Shown here: piece by piece, positions 9,869-18,768 of the stretch
Numbering within the stretch: position 1 is the stretch's first letter
Layout: the number at the start of each line of letters is the position of its first letter
DNA from: Methylorubrum extorquens
Lineage (GTDB): Bacteria; Pseudomonadota; Alphaproteobacteria; Rhizobiales; Beijerinckiaceae
NCBI GenBank assembly: GCA_900234795.1
Contig: LT962688.1
Location: 5,580,001 to 5,612,000, forward strand
Direction of reading: 5' to 3'
Length of the DNA: 32,000 bases
Position numbers and translations under genes: made by a program
The notes under the pieces: generated by a model
Database searches by the model: none
What the model was told of the DNA's origin: nothing
The model's input: only the letters and a program-made list of their open reading frames with translations

Positions 9869-10261
9869 GTGAGTGTGGATTCGAACGAGGATCGTCTGTC
9901 CGGCGCGCGGGTGCTGGTTGTCGAGGACGAAGCGGCCATCTCGATGCTTCTCGAGGATATGCTGCTCGATTTCGGCTGCGAGATCGTCGGGCCGGCGGCC
10001 CGGCTTGCGACCGCCCTGGAGATGGCCCGCAGCGAGAGCTTCACGGTCGCCATCCTCGACGTGAACGTTGCGGGTGAGCCGATCTACCCGGTGGCCGAGG
10101 CCATCGCCGAGCGCAACCTGCCCATCGTGTTCTCGACCGGTTATGGCGGCGCGGGCATCCGCGAGCCGTTCCGCGACCGGCTGGTGGTGCAGAAGCCGTT
10201 CAGCCAAGCTGATCTCAAGCGCACCCTCGCCGCGGCTATTGCCGCCGCCGCCGAGGGCTGA
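9869..10261 (+). CDS. Single-domain response regulator (CheY-like receiver only)
   Basis: ORF 9869..10261 (GTG start) has the receiver signature VLVVEDE, phospho-acceptor ILDVNV, FSTGY and KPF. There is no output domain and no adjacent kinase. Confidence 0.85.
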   Translation: MSVDSNEDRLSGARVLVVEDEAAISMLLEDMLLDFGCEIVGPAARLATALEMARSESFTVAILDVNVAGEPIYPVAEAIAERNLPIVFSTGYGGAGIREPFRDRLVVQKPFSQADLKRTLAAAIAAAAEG

Positions 10262-10290
10262 CGCGGCCCGTCCGGCTCTGAGCCGGACGC

Positions 10291-10677
10291 TCATAAACCT
10301 TCGATCTCGAACGCGTTGGGCAGATGGCGCGGCCAGCGGCGCGGCGCCACGAAGACGGCATCCGCCCGCAGGGTCGCGTCGGCGGCAAGCGGGTGACGCG
10401 CGAGCCAAGCCCGCGCGGCCCGCGACAGGCGTGCCCGCTTGCGCGCGTCGATGGCGGTCGCGGCGGCGTCGAGCGTCGCGCGGGCCTTGACCTCGACGAA
10501 GGCGATGGTGCGCCCGCGTCGGACGATCAGGTCGATCTCCCCGCCCGCGGCCGCGAAGCGCCGGGCAAGCGGCCGATAACCCTTCAGCATCAGCGCCAGC
10601 AGCGCCAACCCCTCGGCCGATAGGCCGCGTCCGTGGGTGGCGCGGCGCCGCGCCTCCGGATCAGCCGGAGGTCTCAT
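10291..10677 (-). CDS. yraN: YraN-family (UPF0102) predicted endonuclease
   Basis: The in-frame ATG 10677 of ORF 10291..10944 gives ...[46 protein letters not shown], the YraN signature. It overlaps the rsmI 3' end by 17 nt. Confidence 0.8.
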   Translation of the reverse strand: MRPPADPEARRRATHGRGLSAEGLALLALMLKGYRPLARRFAAAGGEIDLIVRRGRTIAFVEVKARATLDAAATAIDARKRARLSRAARAWLARHPLAADATLRADAVFVAPRRWPRHLPNAFEIEGL

Positions 10678-11611
10678 CGTCCGCCCGGCGGGCGAGCACC
10701 AGGGCGCGGGCATAGACGACGCGCTTGGGCTGGCCGGTCTCGTCGGCAACGAGTGCCGCTGCATCCTTGATCGAGTGGCGGGCGAGCGCCGCCTCGATCC
10801 GGGCGTCGAGCCCGGTATCGGCTTCGCGCGGGGCGGCGTCCTCGGGTGCCGTGCCGATGACCACGACGACCTCGCCCTTGGGCGGACCCTCCTGGGCGAA
10901 GGCTTCGGCCAGCGCACCGAGGCTGTCGCGGCGGATCGTCTCAAACAACTTGGTCAATTCACGCGCCACCGCCGCGGGCCGCTCCGGCCCGAGGGTGGCG
11001 GCGGCATCCGCCAGCATCTCGGGCAGGCGATGGGGGGATTCGAACACCACCAGCGTGCCGGGGATCGTAGCCAACGCCTCCAGACGGTTGCGCCGGGCAC
11101 CCGATTTCTGCGGCAGGAACCCCTCGAAGAAGAACCGGTCGGTCGGCAGGCCGGCAGCGACGATGGCGGTCATCACGGCGGACGGGCCGGGAATCGGCGT
11201 CACCGGGATGCCGGCGGCAATCGCCGCCTGGACCAGCTTGAAGCCGGGATCCGAGACCAGCGGCGTGCCGGCATCGGAGACCAGCGCCAGGGTCTCGCCG
11301 GCCTTCAGCCGCATCACCATCCGCTCGCGCACCGCCTCGTTGGAATGCTCATGGTAGGAGAGCAGCGGCGTCGTGATCCCGTAATGCATCAGCAGGGTGC
11401 GGGTGACGCGGGTGTCCTCGGCCAGCACGGCATCGGCGGCGGCGAGCGTCGCCAGGGCGCGGAACGAGACGTCGCGCAGGTTACCAATCGGGGTCGCCAC
11501 CACGTAGAGTCCCGGCGCCAGAGACTCGGCCTCGGCGGCGAGACCGAAGGCCGTGAAGGTGGCGGGGCTGCGGGGGGCCCCTTCGGGGCGCTTGTCGAGT
11601 CGCTGTGTCAT
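10661..11611 (-). CDS. rsmI: 16S rRNA (cytidine1402-2'-O)-methyltransferase RsmI
   Basis: ORF 10661..11611 has [19 protein letters not shown]...[12 protein letters not shown] and a tetrapyrrole-methylase-fold pattern typical of RsmI. Confidence 0.93.
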   Translation of the reverse strand: MTQRLDKRPEGAPRSPATFTAFGLAAEAESLAPGLYVVATPIGNLRDVSFRALATLAAADAVLAEDTRVTRTLLMHYGITTPLLSYHEHSNEAVRERMVMRLKAGETLALVSDAGTPLVSDPGFKLVQAAIAAGIPVTPIPGPSAVMTAIVAAGLPTDRFFFEGFLPQKSGARRNRLEALATIPGTLVVFESPHRLPEMLADAAATLGPERPAAVARELTKLFETIRRDSLGALAEAFAQEGPPKGEVVVVIGTAPEDAAPREADTGLDARIEAALARHSIKDAAALVADETGQPKRVVYARALVLARRADDETSG

Positions 11612-11731
11612 CGCCGCGACAATGCCACGCCCGCGCGCCTTTGAAGACCGGGGAAAGGCAGGGCCTCACATTTACTTTTCGCAAGCCCCTCCGCATCGTG
11701 ATCGCGAATTGGGCTCGGACAGGGGGTCGCG

Positions 11732-12943
11732 ATGGCGCGACGCGGCGGACGGTGGACGGCCCGCGCGGGTGCCGCGCTTCTCAGCCTCGGGCTCACGATC
11801 GGGCTCGCCGGCTGCCTTGGCGTTCCGGATGCGCCGCGGCCGGCGGCTCGGGCCGTGCCCGAGGGCGAGCCCAACCCCACCGTGACGGCCAGCAACGTCA
11901 TCGGCGCGGGAACCGTGAAAGTGGCTCTGATCGTCCCGCTGAGCGGGCAGGGGGCGGCGGTCGGCGCCGCCCTGCGCAACGCCGCCGAACTCGCCTACGA
12001 CGATTTCCAGAAGCCGAACCTCCAGATCCTCGTGAAGGACGACCGCGGCACGCCGGAGGGCGCACGCGAGGCGACGCAGGCGGCCTTCACCGAGGGCGCC
12101 GAAATGGTGCTCGGCCCGCTCTTCGCCGCCAATGTCCAGGCGGCCGGGGGTGTCGCCCGCGGGGCGGGCAAGCCGGTCATCGCCTTCTCGACCGACGCGG
12201 CGGTGGCCGCGCGCGGCGTCTACCTCATCAGCTTCCTGCCGCAATCGGAAGTGGACCGCATCGTCGATGAGGCGAGCGCGGGCGGTCGCCGCTCCTTCGC
12301 CGCGCTGATCCCCGAGACGACCTACGGTAATGCCGTCGAGGCGCAGTTTCGTGAGGCGGTGGCCCGTCGCGGCGCCCGGCTCGTCGGCATCGAGCGCTAC
12401 CCGGCCGGCAATCCCGGCCCGGCAGTCGATCGGTTGCGCGGCGTAGTCGCGGGCGCCGGCGCCCAGGCCGACGCGCTGTTCGTGCCCGACACCGCCGAGG
12501 GCCTGATGGCCGTCGCGCCTGCCCTGACCAAGATCGGGTTCTCGCCCGCGCGGGTGCGTCCTCTCGGGCTCGCCCTGTGGAACGACCCGCGGGTGCTGTC
12601 GCAGGCAGCTTTCCAGGGCGGCCGCTTCGCCGCGCCCGATGCCGCCGGCTTTGCCGGTTTCGCCCAGCGCTATCAGACCCGCTTCGGGACGATGCCGCCG
12701 CGCACCGCCTCGCTCGGCTACGATGCGGTCTCGCTCACAGCCGCATTGGTGCGCCAATACGGCTCGCAGCGCTTCGCCGACGCGACGCTGACCAACCCGG
12801 CGGGCTTCTCCGGCCTCGACGGCACCTTCCGCTTCCTGCCGGAAGGCGTCAGCGAGCGGACCTTGGCGGTCTACGAGATCCGCAACAACGCGGCGAACGT
12901 GGTGAGCCCGGCCCCGAAGGTGCTCGCGCCGTCGGGGATTTGA
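11732..12943 (+). CDS. LpoA-like penicillin-binding protein activator / type-1 periplasmic-binding-fold lipoprotein
   Basis: ORF 11732..12943 has a lipobox (LAGC) after a signal peptide and a Leu/Ile/Val-binding-like fold. It is divergent from rsmI, as lpoA is in E. coli. Confidence 0.75.
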   Translation: MARRGGRWTARAGAALLSLGLTIGLAGCLGVPDAPRPAARAVPEGEPNPTVTASNVIGAGTVKVALIVPLSGQGAAVGAALRNAAELAYDDFQKPNLQILVKDDRGTPEGAREATQAAFTEGAEMVLGPLFAANVQAAGGVARGAGKPVIAFSTDAAVAARGVYLISFLPQSEVDRIVDEASAGGRRSFAALIPETTYGNAVEAQFREAVARRGARLVGIERYPAGNPGPAVDRLRGVVAGAGAQADALFVPDTAEGLMAVAPALTKIGFSPARVRPLGLALWNDPRVLSQAAFQGGRFAAPDAAGFAGFAQRYQTRFGTMPPRTASLGYDAVSLTAALVRQYGSQRFADATLTNPAGFSGLDGTFRFLPEGVSERTLAVYEIRNNAANVVSPAPKVLAPSGI

Positions 12944-12964
12944 TCGAGCCTGGACGATCGCCGC

Positions 12965-13252
12965 TTACATCTGACCGATCGGTCGCCGCGCCGTGTGGCG
13001 TATCGTGGCGACGCCGACGACGTTGTCGGCTTCATCGACACGGTAGAAGATCAGATAGGGTAGGCGTGGCACCGCAAAGCGGCGCAGGTTCCGACCGACA
13101 GGCCGGCCCGCTTTCGGATGATCGAGCAGCCTGCGCAGAGCCGCGGTGAGTTGCTGTTCGACGCGACGAGCCGCCTGCGGATCGCGCGCTTCCAAATAGG
13201 CGGCAATGCTTTCGAGATCCTCGGCCGCGCGTGCGGAGAGGCGTAATCTCAC
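12965..13252 (-). CDS. parE: Type II toxin, ParE/RelE superfamily
   Basis: GTG 13252 within ORF 12965..13420 gives VRLRLSARAAEDLESIAAYLEARDPQAARRV...YLIFYRVDEADNVVGVATIRHTARRP, a ParE-like pattern. The start overlaps the antitoxin stop (GTGA). Confidence 0.8.
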   Translation of the reverse strand: MRLRLSARAAEDLESIAAYLEARDPQAARRVEQQLTAALRRLLDHPKAGRPVGRNLRRFAVPRLPYLIFYRVDEADNVVGVATIRHTARRPIGQM

Positions 13253-13482
13253 GGGACGCGGCGTCGGAACGCAGCGGCGACGAGATCCTCCGGTTCGCCC
13301 TCGATGTAGGCACCGCGTTCGATCTGCGCGAGCCCTTCCAGGACAGCCGGAAGATGCTCGGAATCGATGTCGAGGGGGATCTCGTTTTCGGCGACGGTGA
13401 GAATGGCTTGCGCCAGACACTCCCGGTCACCGACCGGCATCCGACGCAGGGCCTCCACGGCGCGATCCAAGATATCGACCAT
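13249..13482 (-). CDS. Putative antitoxin (addiction-module component, Unstab_antitox-like)
   Basis: ORF 13249..13482 (77 aa, acidic) has a strong GAGGAGGA Shine-Dalgarno 5-6 nt upstream. It has a 4-nt overlap with the toxin start. The AL..MP...R..LA..IL pattern resembles the TIGR02574-type addiction-module component. Confidence 0.65.
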   Translation of the reverse strand: MVDILDRAVEALRRMPVGDRECLAQAILTVAENEIPLDIDSEHLPAVLEGLAQIERGAYIEGEPEDLVAAAFRRRVP

Positions 13483-13537
13483 GACGATCCTCCTCGCTTC
13501 AGCGTAGCATGAATGGACACGCGCGCGGGAGCGCGGA

Positions 13538-14734
13538 TCAGCCCGCTAATTCCGCCACCACGGCGTTGAGCACCGGAGCGCCGCGGGCGGTCGCGGCGAT
13601 GCGGCCATCGGGGCGCCGCGCGACGAGGCCGTCTTTCACCAGCGCGTCGAGGCGACCGGCATGGAGCGGACGCCCTTTCAGGGTCGCGTAGCGGGCGGGG
13701 TCGATGCCTTCCGTCAGCCGCAGCCCCATCATCAGGAACTCGTCTCCCTGATCCTCGGCGGACAGCGTTTCGGTCTCGACGATGCCGTGGCCGTCGCGCT
13801 CGACGCGGGTGAGCCAGTCTTCGGGCGCCTTCTCGGTGAGCGTGCCGGTGCGTCCCTGCGGCAGGACGAGGCGGCCATGGGCGCCGGGGCCGATGCCGGC
13901 ATACTCGCCGTAGCGCCAGTAGAGCAGGTTGTGGCGCGACTGCGCGCCGGGCCGGGCGTGGTTCGAGATCTCGTAGGCCGGCAGGCCCGCGAGCCCGCAG
14001 ATCTCCTGCGTCACGTCGTAGAGCGCGCGTGAGGCGTCGTCGTCGGGCGGCACGAGCCGGCCGGCCTGGGCGAGGCCGAAGAACGGCGTGCCGGGCTCGA
14101 TGGTGAGCTGATAGAGCGAGAGATGCTCGGCGGCATAATCGATCGCCCGGCGCAGCTCGGCGGCCCAGGCCTCCGGTGTCTGCTCCGGTCGGGCGTAGAT
14201 CAGGTCGAAGGAGAAGCGCTCGAAATGCGCCGATGCGGTGCGCACGGCGTCGAGCGCTTCCGCGACGCTGTGCCGGCGCCCGAGCCGCTTGAGGTCGCCG
14301 TCGTCGAGCGCCTGCACGCCGAGCGAAACACGGTTGACCCCGGCGGCGCGATAGCCGCGGAAGCGGCTCGCCTCGACGCTGGTGGGGTTGGCCTCCAGCG
14401 TCACCTCCGCATCCGGCGCCACGCTCCAGGCTCCGGCCACGGCATCGAGCAGGCCCGCTACCGTGTCGGGCGCCATCAGCGAGGGCGTACCGCCGCCGAG
14501 AAAGATGCTGGTGACCGTCCGCCCCGGTGCGAGTGCTGCGGCGTGGGCGATCTCTCGCCGGAAGGCGGCGAGAAAGCGCGGCTGGTCCACGCCCGCATGG
14601 CGGACATGGCTGTTGAAGTCGCAATAGGGGCACTTCGCGGCGCAGAACGGCCAGTGCAGGTAGATGCCGAATCCCGCGTCACGGGTCGGATGGTCGGGCG
14701 GTGTCGCGGGGGGCATCGGTCTGTCTTGTGTCAT
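13538..14734 (-). CDS. hemW: Radical SAM heme chaperone HemW (coproporphyrinogen III oxidase-like)
   Basis: ORF 13538..14755 has the radical SAM motif CAAKCPYCDF and a HemN-like C-terminal domain. The start is ambiguous (GTG 14755, ATG 14734 or ATG 14716). Confidence 0.9.
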   Translation of the reverse strand: MTQDRPMPPATPPDHPTRDAGFGIYLHWPFCAAKCPYCDFNSHVRHAGVDQPRFLAAFRREIAHAAALAPGRTVTSIFLGGGTPSLMAPDTVAGLLDAVAGAWSVAPDAEVTLEANPTSVEASRFRGYRAAGVNRVSLGVQALDDGDLKRLGRRHSVAEALDAVRTASAHFERFSFDLIYARPEQTPEAWAAELRRAIDYAAEHLSLYQLTIEPGTPFFGLAQAGRLVPPDDDASRALYDVTQEICGLAGLPAYEISNHARPGAQSRHNLLYWRYGEYAGIGPGAHGRLVLPQGRTGTLTEKAPEDWLTRVERDGHGIVETETLSAEDQGDEFLMMGLRLTEGIDPARYATLKGRPLHAGRLDALVKDGLVARRPDGRIAATARGAPVLNAVVAELAG

Positions 14735-14768
14735 CGAGCCGCTTGAACCGCGCACTCGTCCAACCCGA

Positions 14769-14884
14769 CGCCCTCATCCTGAGGTGCGGAGCGCAAGCGA
14801 AGCCTCGAAGGATCTTCCAGGGATCGCGCGGGAACTGGAAGACCCTTCGAGGCCCGCTGACGCGGGCACCTCAGGATGAGGGCG
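14769..14884. repeat. 116-bp nested imperfect palindrome (REP/MITE-like extragenic element)
   Basis: A perfect 19-bp inverted repeat, CGCCCTCATCCTGAGGTGC (14769-14787) with GCACCTCAGGATGAGGGCG (14866-14884), encloses inner arms GCCTCGAAGG..CTTCCAG / CTGGAAG..CCTTCGAGGC. It lies between rdgB and hemW. Confidence 0.7.
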
Positions 14885-14965
14885 GCGGATGGGATGTCAG
14901 CGTTCGATCGGAGCGCCTTCCATCCTTCACGCGTGATGTAAGCACGCCCAACGCCGCGCGAAAGC

Positions 14966-15601
14966 TCAGCCCGGCCGCCTCAGGCACGCCTGCGCAAGTA
15001 GCACGAAGGCCCGCGCCCGGTGCGAGAGCGCGTTGCCGCTCTGCCAATCGACGCCGTGCTTCTCCTCCGAGGAGATCTCGCCGAAGGTGCGGTCCATGCC
15101 CTCGGGGCGGAACATCGGATCGTAGCCGAAGCCGAGGCTGCCGAGCGGCGCCACCAGATCACCGAAGACGCGGCCCTCAAACAGCTCGGTATGGCCATCG
15201 GGCCATGCCAGAACCAGAGCCGAGACGAAGTGGGCGCGCCGGTCCGTGGCGCCGCGCTTGTCGAGTTCGGCGGCGATCCGGGCCATCGCGCCAGAAAAAT
15301 CCTTGTCCGGGCCGGCCCAGCGGGCGGAAAATAGGCCCGGCGCGCCGTCGAGCGCATCGACGCAGAGGCCGGAATCGTCGGCGAAGGCCGGCAGGCCGGA
15401 GGCCTTCGCAGCGGCGTGCGCCTTGATCGCCGCGTTCTCCGAGAACATCGTGCCGGTCTCGTCGGGCTCGGGCAGGCCGAGTTCGCCGGCCGAGACTGCC
15501 TCGACGCCGAACGGGGCCAGCAGCTCGCGCATCTCCACGAGCTTGCCGGCATTGTGGGTCGCGATGACGACCTTGCCCGAGAGGATGCGATGCGCGCTCA
15601 C
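14966..15601 (-). CDS. rdgB: Non-canonical purine NTP pyrophosphatase RdgB/HAM1
   Basis: ORF 14966..15601 has [17 protein letters not shown]...[12 protein letters not shown]...FGYDPMF, the RdgB signature. Its GTG start overlaps the rph stop (GTGA). Confidence 0.93.
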   Translation of the reverse strand: MSAHRILSGKVVIATHNAGKLVEMRELLAPFGVEAVSAGELGLPEPDETGTMFSENAAIKAHAAAKASGLPAFADDSGLCVDALDGAPGLFSARWAGPDKDFSGAMARIAAELDKRGATDRRAHFVSALVLAWPDGHTELFEGRVFGDLVAPLGSLGFGYDPMFRPEGMDRTFGEISSEEKHGVDWQSGNALSHRARAFVLLAQACLRRPG

Positions 15602-16311
15602 GCGATGGCCTTCCGCTGCAGCTCGACGAGCCCCGCCACGCCGCCCTTGGCGAGCCGCAGCAATTCAAGAAACTGTTCGTCGGTGAACGGCTCCATCTCG
15701 GCGGTGCCCTGCACCTCGACGATGCCGCCCTTGCCGGTCACGACGAAGTTCGCGTCCGTCTCGGCCGCCGAATCCTCGGCGTAGTCGAGGTCGAGCACCG
15801 GCTGGCCCTTGTAGATGCCGCAGGAGACCGCCGCGACATGGTCCTTCAGGGGATCGACCGAGATGATCGAGCGGGCCCGCATCCAGGCGAAGCAATCGTG
15901 CAGGGCCACCCAGGCCCCGGTGATCGAGGCGGTGCGGGTGCCCCCATCGGCCTGGATCACGTCGCAATCGACGGTGATCTGGCGCTCGCCCAAGGCCGGC
16001 AGGTTGGTGACGGCGCGCAGGGAGCGGCCGATCAGCCGCTGGATCTCCTGCGTGCGGCCCGATGGCTTGCCGGAATTGACCTCGCGGCGGGTGCGCTCGT
16101 GGGTGGCGCGGGGCAGCATCGCGTATTCGGCGGTGACCCAGCCCTTGCCGGAGCCGCGCAGCCACGGCGGGCCGCGCTCTTCCAGCGAGGCGGTGCAGAG
16201 CACACGGGTGTTGCCGAAGGTGACGAGGCAGGAGCCTTCCGCGTAGCGGGCGACCGCCCGCTCCAGCGTAACGTCGCGCATCGCGTCCGCCGCGCGCTTC
16301 GAGGGCCGCAT
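15598..16311 (-). CDS. rph: Ribonuclease PH
   Basis: ORF 15598..16311 has [19 protein letters not shown]...[21 protein letters not shown]...[19 protein letters not shown], typical RNase PH. Confidence 0.95.
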   Translation of the reverse strand: MRPSKRAADAMRDVTLERAVARYAEGSCLVTFGNTRVLCTASLEERGPPWLRGSGKGWVTAEYAMLPRATHERTRREVNSGKPSGRTQEIQRLIGRSLRAVTNLPALGERQITVDCDVIQADGGTRTASITGAWVALHDCFAWMRARSIISVDPLKDHVAAVSCGIYKGQPVLDLDYAEDSAAETDANFVVTGKGGIVEVQGTAEMEPFTDEQFLELLRLAKGGVAGLVELQRKAIA

Positions 16312-16424
16312 GCTTGGTAAGCTCCCGTGTCGAAAATCGAAGCCCGGGCTCTTAGGCGCTGCCAGCCCCCCGCGGCAACCGCCGCCCGTCCTGTGGTTTT
16401 CCGCATCAGGCTAGTCTCCGGCAT

Positions 16425-16454
16425 GAAAAAGGCCGCCGTCTCGCGACGGCGGCC
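16425..16454 (-). terminator. Rho-independent terminator (minus strand)
   Basis: A 10-bp GC stem, GGCCGCCGTC (16431-16440) / GACGGCGGCC (16445-16454), has a 4-nt loop and is followed on the minus strand by TTTTTC (16430-16425). It sits about 20 nt after the stop of the small His-rich ORF. Confidence 0.65.
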
Positions 16455-16476
16455 CTTCAGTTAACCTGCCGGCCGC

Positions 16477-16741
16477 TCACCAGCGGCGGTGGTTCCAGTG
16501 ACGGCGGTGATGGTGATGGCGCGGGCCGCCGAAGCGGTGATGGCGGTGCCAATGGCCACGGTGACGCATGTGGCGGCGGTAGTGACGGCGGTCGCCGCGG
16601 TACTGCGCCTGCTCGATCATGTCACCGGCCGGCGCGGTCGCCTCGGTTTGGATCGGGAGCGGGGGCAGCCTGCGCAGCGCGGGGCGCCGAAGCGAGGCTC
16701 AAGCCGGTGACCGCGATCGCCAGGGCGGCGACCTTGACCAT
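16477..16741 (-). CDS. Small secreted His/Arg/Trp-rich protein. As sequenced it is a 39-codon signal-peptide ORF (16741-16622) plus a 47-codon His-rich ORF (16620-16477), one base apart.
   Basis: My own translation of the minus strand gives MVKVAALAIAVTGLSLASAPRAAQA... then MIEQAQYRGDRRHYRRHMRHRGHWHRHHRFGGPRHHHHRRHWNHRRW*. Third codon positions are G/C-rich and a dedicated terminator follows. Removing one base of the G5 run 16661-16665 joins both parts into an 87-aa precursor. It is too short for the supplied ORF track. Confidence 0.45.
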
Positions 16742-16982
16742 GGTCTTTCGTGCGCCATTCAGCACTATCGGAGGCTCCATCTTTACTCGAGTTACGGGGC
16801 GGCGGATCGCGGCTCGAAACGCTGCCCTGTTCATCAAACGACTCGGGGCCGCAGAATGATCCCTAGGATTCCTCGGCTGAAGCCCGCAGGGTGCCGTTCG
16901 CCGGGTCGGCACGGCTCGGAAATCGTCCGTAACGTCACGACACGACAGGATTGATCGGCGGCGCCCAAGCGCTCACAATCGT

Positions 16983-18110
16983 TTGTCAGGATCCTGCATT
17001 CGTCAGGTGCTCATCTCCTTGATCGAGGCCGTTCAGCCCATCGTGAATCCGCAACCCCAAGCGCTCGCCGCCCTCAACGAGCGCTCCCGAGAGATTTTCC
17101 GGCAGATTGTCGAGAGCTACGTCACCACCGGCGAGCCGGTGGGGTCGCGCAATCTCGCGCGCATCCTGCCGATGAGCCTGTCCCCGGCCTCGATCCGCAA
17201 CGTGATGGCGGATCTGGAGCATTCCGGGCTGATCTTCGCGCCCCACACCTCGTCCGGGCGACTGCCGACGGAGCTGGGCCTGCGCTTCTTCGTCGATGCC
17301 ATGATGGAGATCGGCGATGTCGATCTCGCCGAGAAGGCGCGCATCGAGGCGCAGATGCAGGCGGCGGCCTCGCGCCACACCTTCGATTCGGCGCTGGCCG
17401 AAGCGTCCTCGCTGCTTTCGGGCATTTCCCGCGGGGCGGGCGTGGTGCTGACCACAAAGGTCGATGCTGGGCTCAAGCATGTCGAGTTCGTGAGGCTCGA
17501 TCCCGAGCGCGCGCTCGTGGTGCTGGTCTCGATCGACGGCACGGTGGAGAACCGCCTCGTTGATTTGCCGCCGGGCCTGCCGGCGGGGGCTTTGCAGGAG
17601 GCCTCGAACTTCCTCAACGCCCGCCTGCGCGGCCGCACCCTCGATACCCTGCGTGCCGATATCGAGAACGGCCGCAAGGAGATGAAGCGGGAACTCGACG
17701 CCCTGACCGAGCGGCTGGTCGATGCCGGGCTCGCCACCACGGTCGGCCCATCCGAGGCGCGCCAGCTCATCGTGCGGGGACAGGCCAACCTTCTGGACGA
17801 CCTGCGCGCGGCCGAAGACTTGGAGCGCATCCGCCTGCTGTTCAACGACCTCGAGACGCAGAAGGACGTGATCGAACTGCTGGCGCGGGCCGAGCAGGGC
17901 GACGGCGTGCGCATCTTCATCGGCTCGGAGAACAAGCTGTTTTCGCTCTCCGGCTCCTCGATGATCGCTGCCCCCTTCCGCGACAGCGCCCAGAAGATCG
18001 TCGGTGTCGTCGGCGTCATCGGCCCGACGCGGCTCAACTATTCCCGCATCGTGCCGATGGTGGACTACACCGCCCGCGTGGTCTCGGGGTTGCTCGACCG
18101 GTCACGGTAG
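16983..18110 (+). CDS. hrcA: Heat-inducible transcriptional repressor HrcA
   Basis: ORF 16983..18110 has [29 protein letters not shown]...[13 protein letters not shown], the HrcA N-terminal winged-helix signature. The start is uncertain (TTG 16983, GTG 17007 or GTG 17043). A TTGATC-N17-CACAAT motif at 16951-16979 would favour a downstream start. Confidence 0.9.
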   Translation: MSGSCIRQVLISLIEAVQPIVNPQPQALAALNERSREIFRQIVESYVTTGEPVGSRNLARILPMSLSPASIRNVMADLEHSGLIFAPHTSSGRLPTELGLRFFVDAMMEIGDVDLAEKARIEAQMQAAASRHTFDSALAEASSLLSGISRGAGVVLTTKVDAGLKHVEFVRLDPERALVVLVSIDGTVENRLVDLPPGLPAGALQEASNFLNARLRGRTLDTLRADIENGRKEMKRELDALTERLVDAGLATTVGPSEARQLIVRGQANLLDDLRAAEDLERIRLLFNDLETQKDVIELLARAEQGDGVRIFIGSENKLFSLSGSSMIAAPFRDSAQKIVGVVGVIGPTRLNYSRIVPMVDYTARVVSGLLDRSR

Positions 18111-18237
18111 GGCGTCGCCTCGGCCGGTCCGGAGCGTTGCCCCAGTCTCGGCGTAGGGTGATTCGAAAGCAGGAAGCGGGATGCGCGGCCTCGGGATGGG
18201 GCCGTAGGCACGGGCTCGAACTTGCCGGAGCCTGCCC

Positions 18238-18552
18238 ATGCCAACCGTCGTCAACCGCACCATGTCGCCGTTCGAATGGGCGATGCTGCTTGGACTATCC
18301 GTGCTCTGGGGCGGATCGTTCTTCTTCGCGGGTGTGGCCCTGTCCGCGCTGCCGCCTCTGACGCTCGTCGTCCTGCGTGTCGGATTGGCTGCGCTGATCC
18401 TCAATGCCGCCCTGCTGCTGGCCGGCCTCCATCTCCCCCGCGGCCGAGAGGTCTAGGGTGCCTTTTTCGGGATGGGGCTCCTCAACAACGTCGTGCCCTT
18501 CTGTCTCATCGTCTGGGGGCAGACGCAGATCGCCTCGGGGCTCGCGGCCATC
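18238..18552 (+). pseudogene. EamA/DMT-family transporter relic (N-terminal ~105 codons, in-frame TAG, 3' part missing)
   Basis: ORF 18238..18456 gives ...FEWAMLLGLSVLWGGSFFF.., typical of an EamA N-terminus. The TAG at 18454-18456 sits where a Trp (TGG) is expected. The same frame continues GAFFGMGLLNNVVPFCLIVWGQTQIASGLAAI and loses similarity after 18552. Confidence 0.75.
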
Positions 18553-18768
18553 GACGGACGGGTTCTCAGGTGCGTGAGGAGACGGCGCATCGAAGAGCCC
18601 GGCTTCTATCAGGGCCGGGATATCTGAGCGGGCGGAGACGAACCCGAGGCGCTCCAGCGCCGGTGGCGGGGCATCCGGCGGGATGCGCGAAACGACATCG
18701 CAGAGCGGCCGTCTGTCCGCCCTGCCTCTCCCGCACCGGCCATCGAACGGGTCGATGCGGGGACGGGT

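Noticed and set aside
9877-9886. tRNA T-loop-like GTTCGAATCC on the minus strand.
   Set aside because: The flanking bases cannot form a T-stem or acceptor stem, and the site lies inside the response-regulator coding start.
16742-16982. Search for a CIRCE operator (TTAGCACTC-N9-GAGTGCTAA) or a clear RpoH promoter upstream of hrcA.
   Set aside because: Only a weak AGCACT...ACTCGAGT resemblance exists at about 16760-16795, with the wrong spacing. There is no convincing match.
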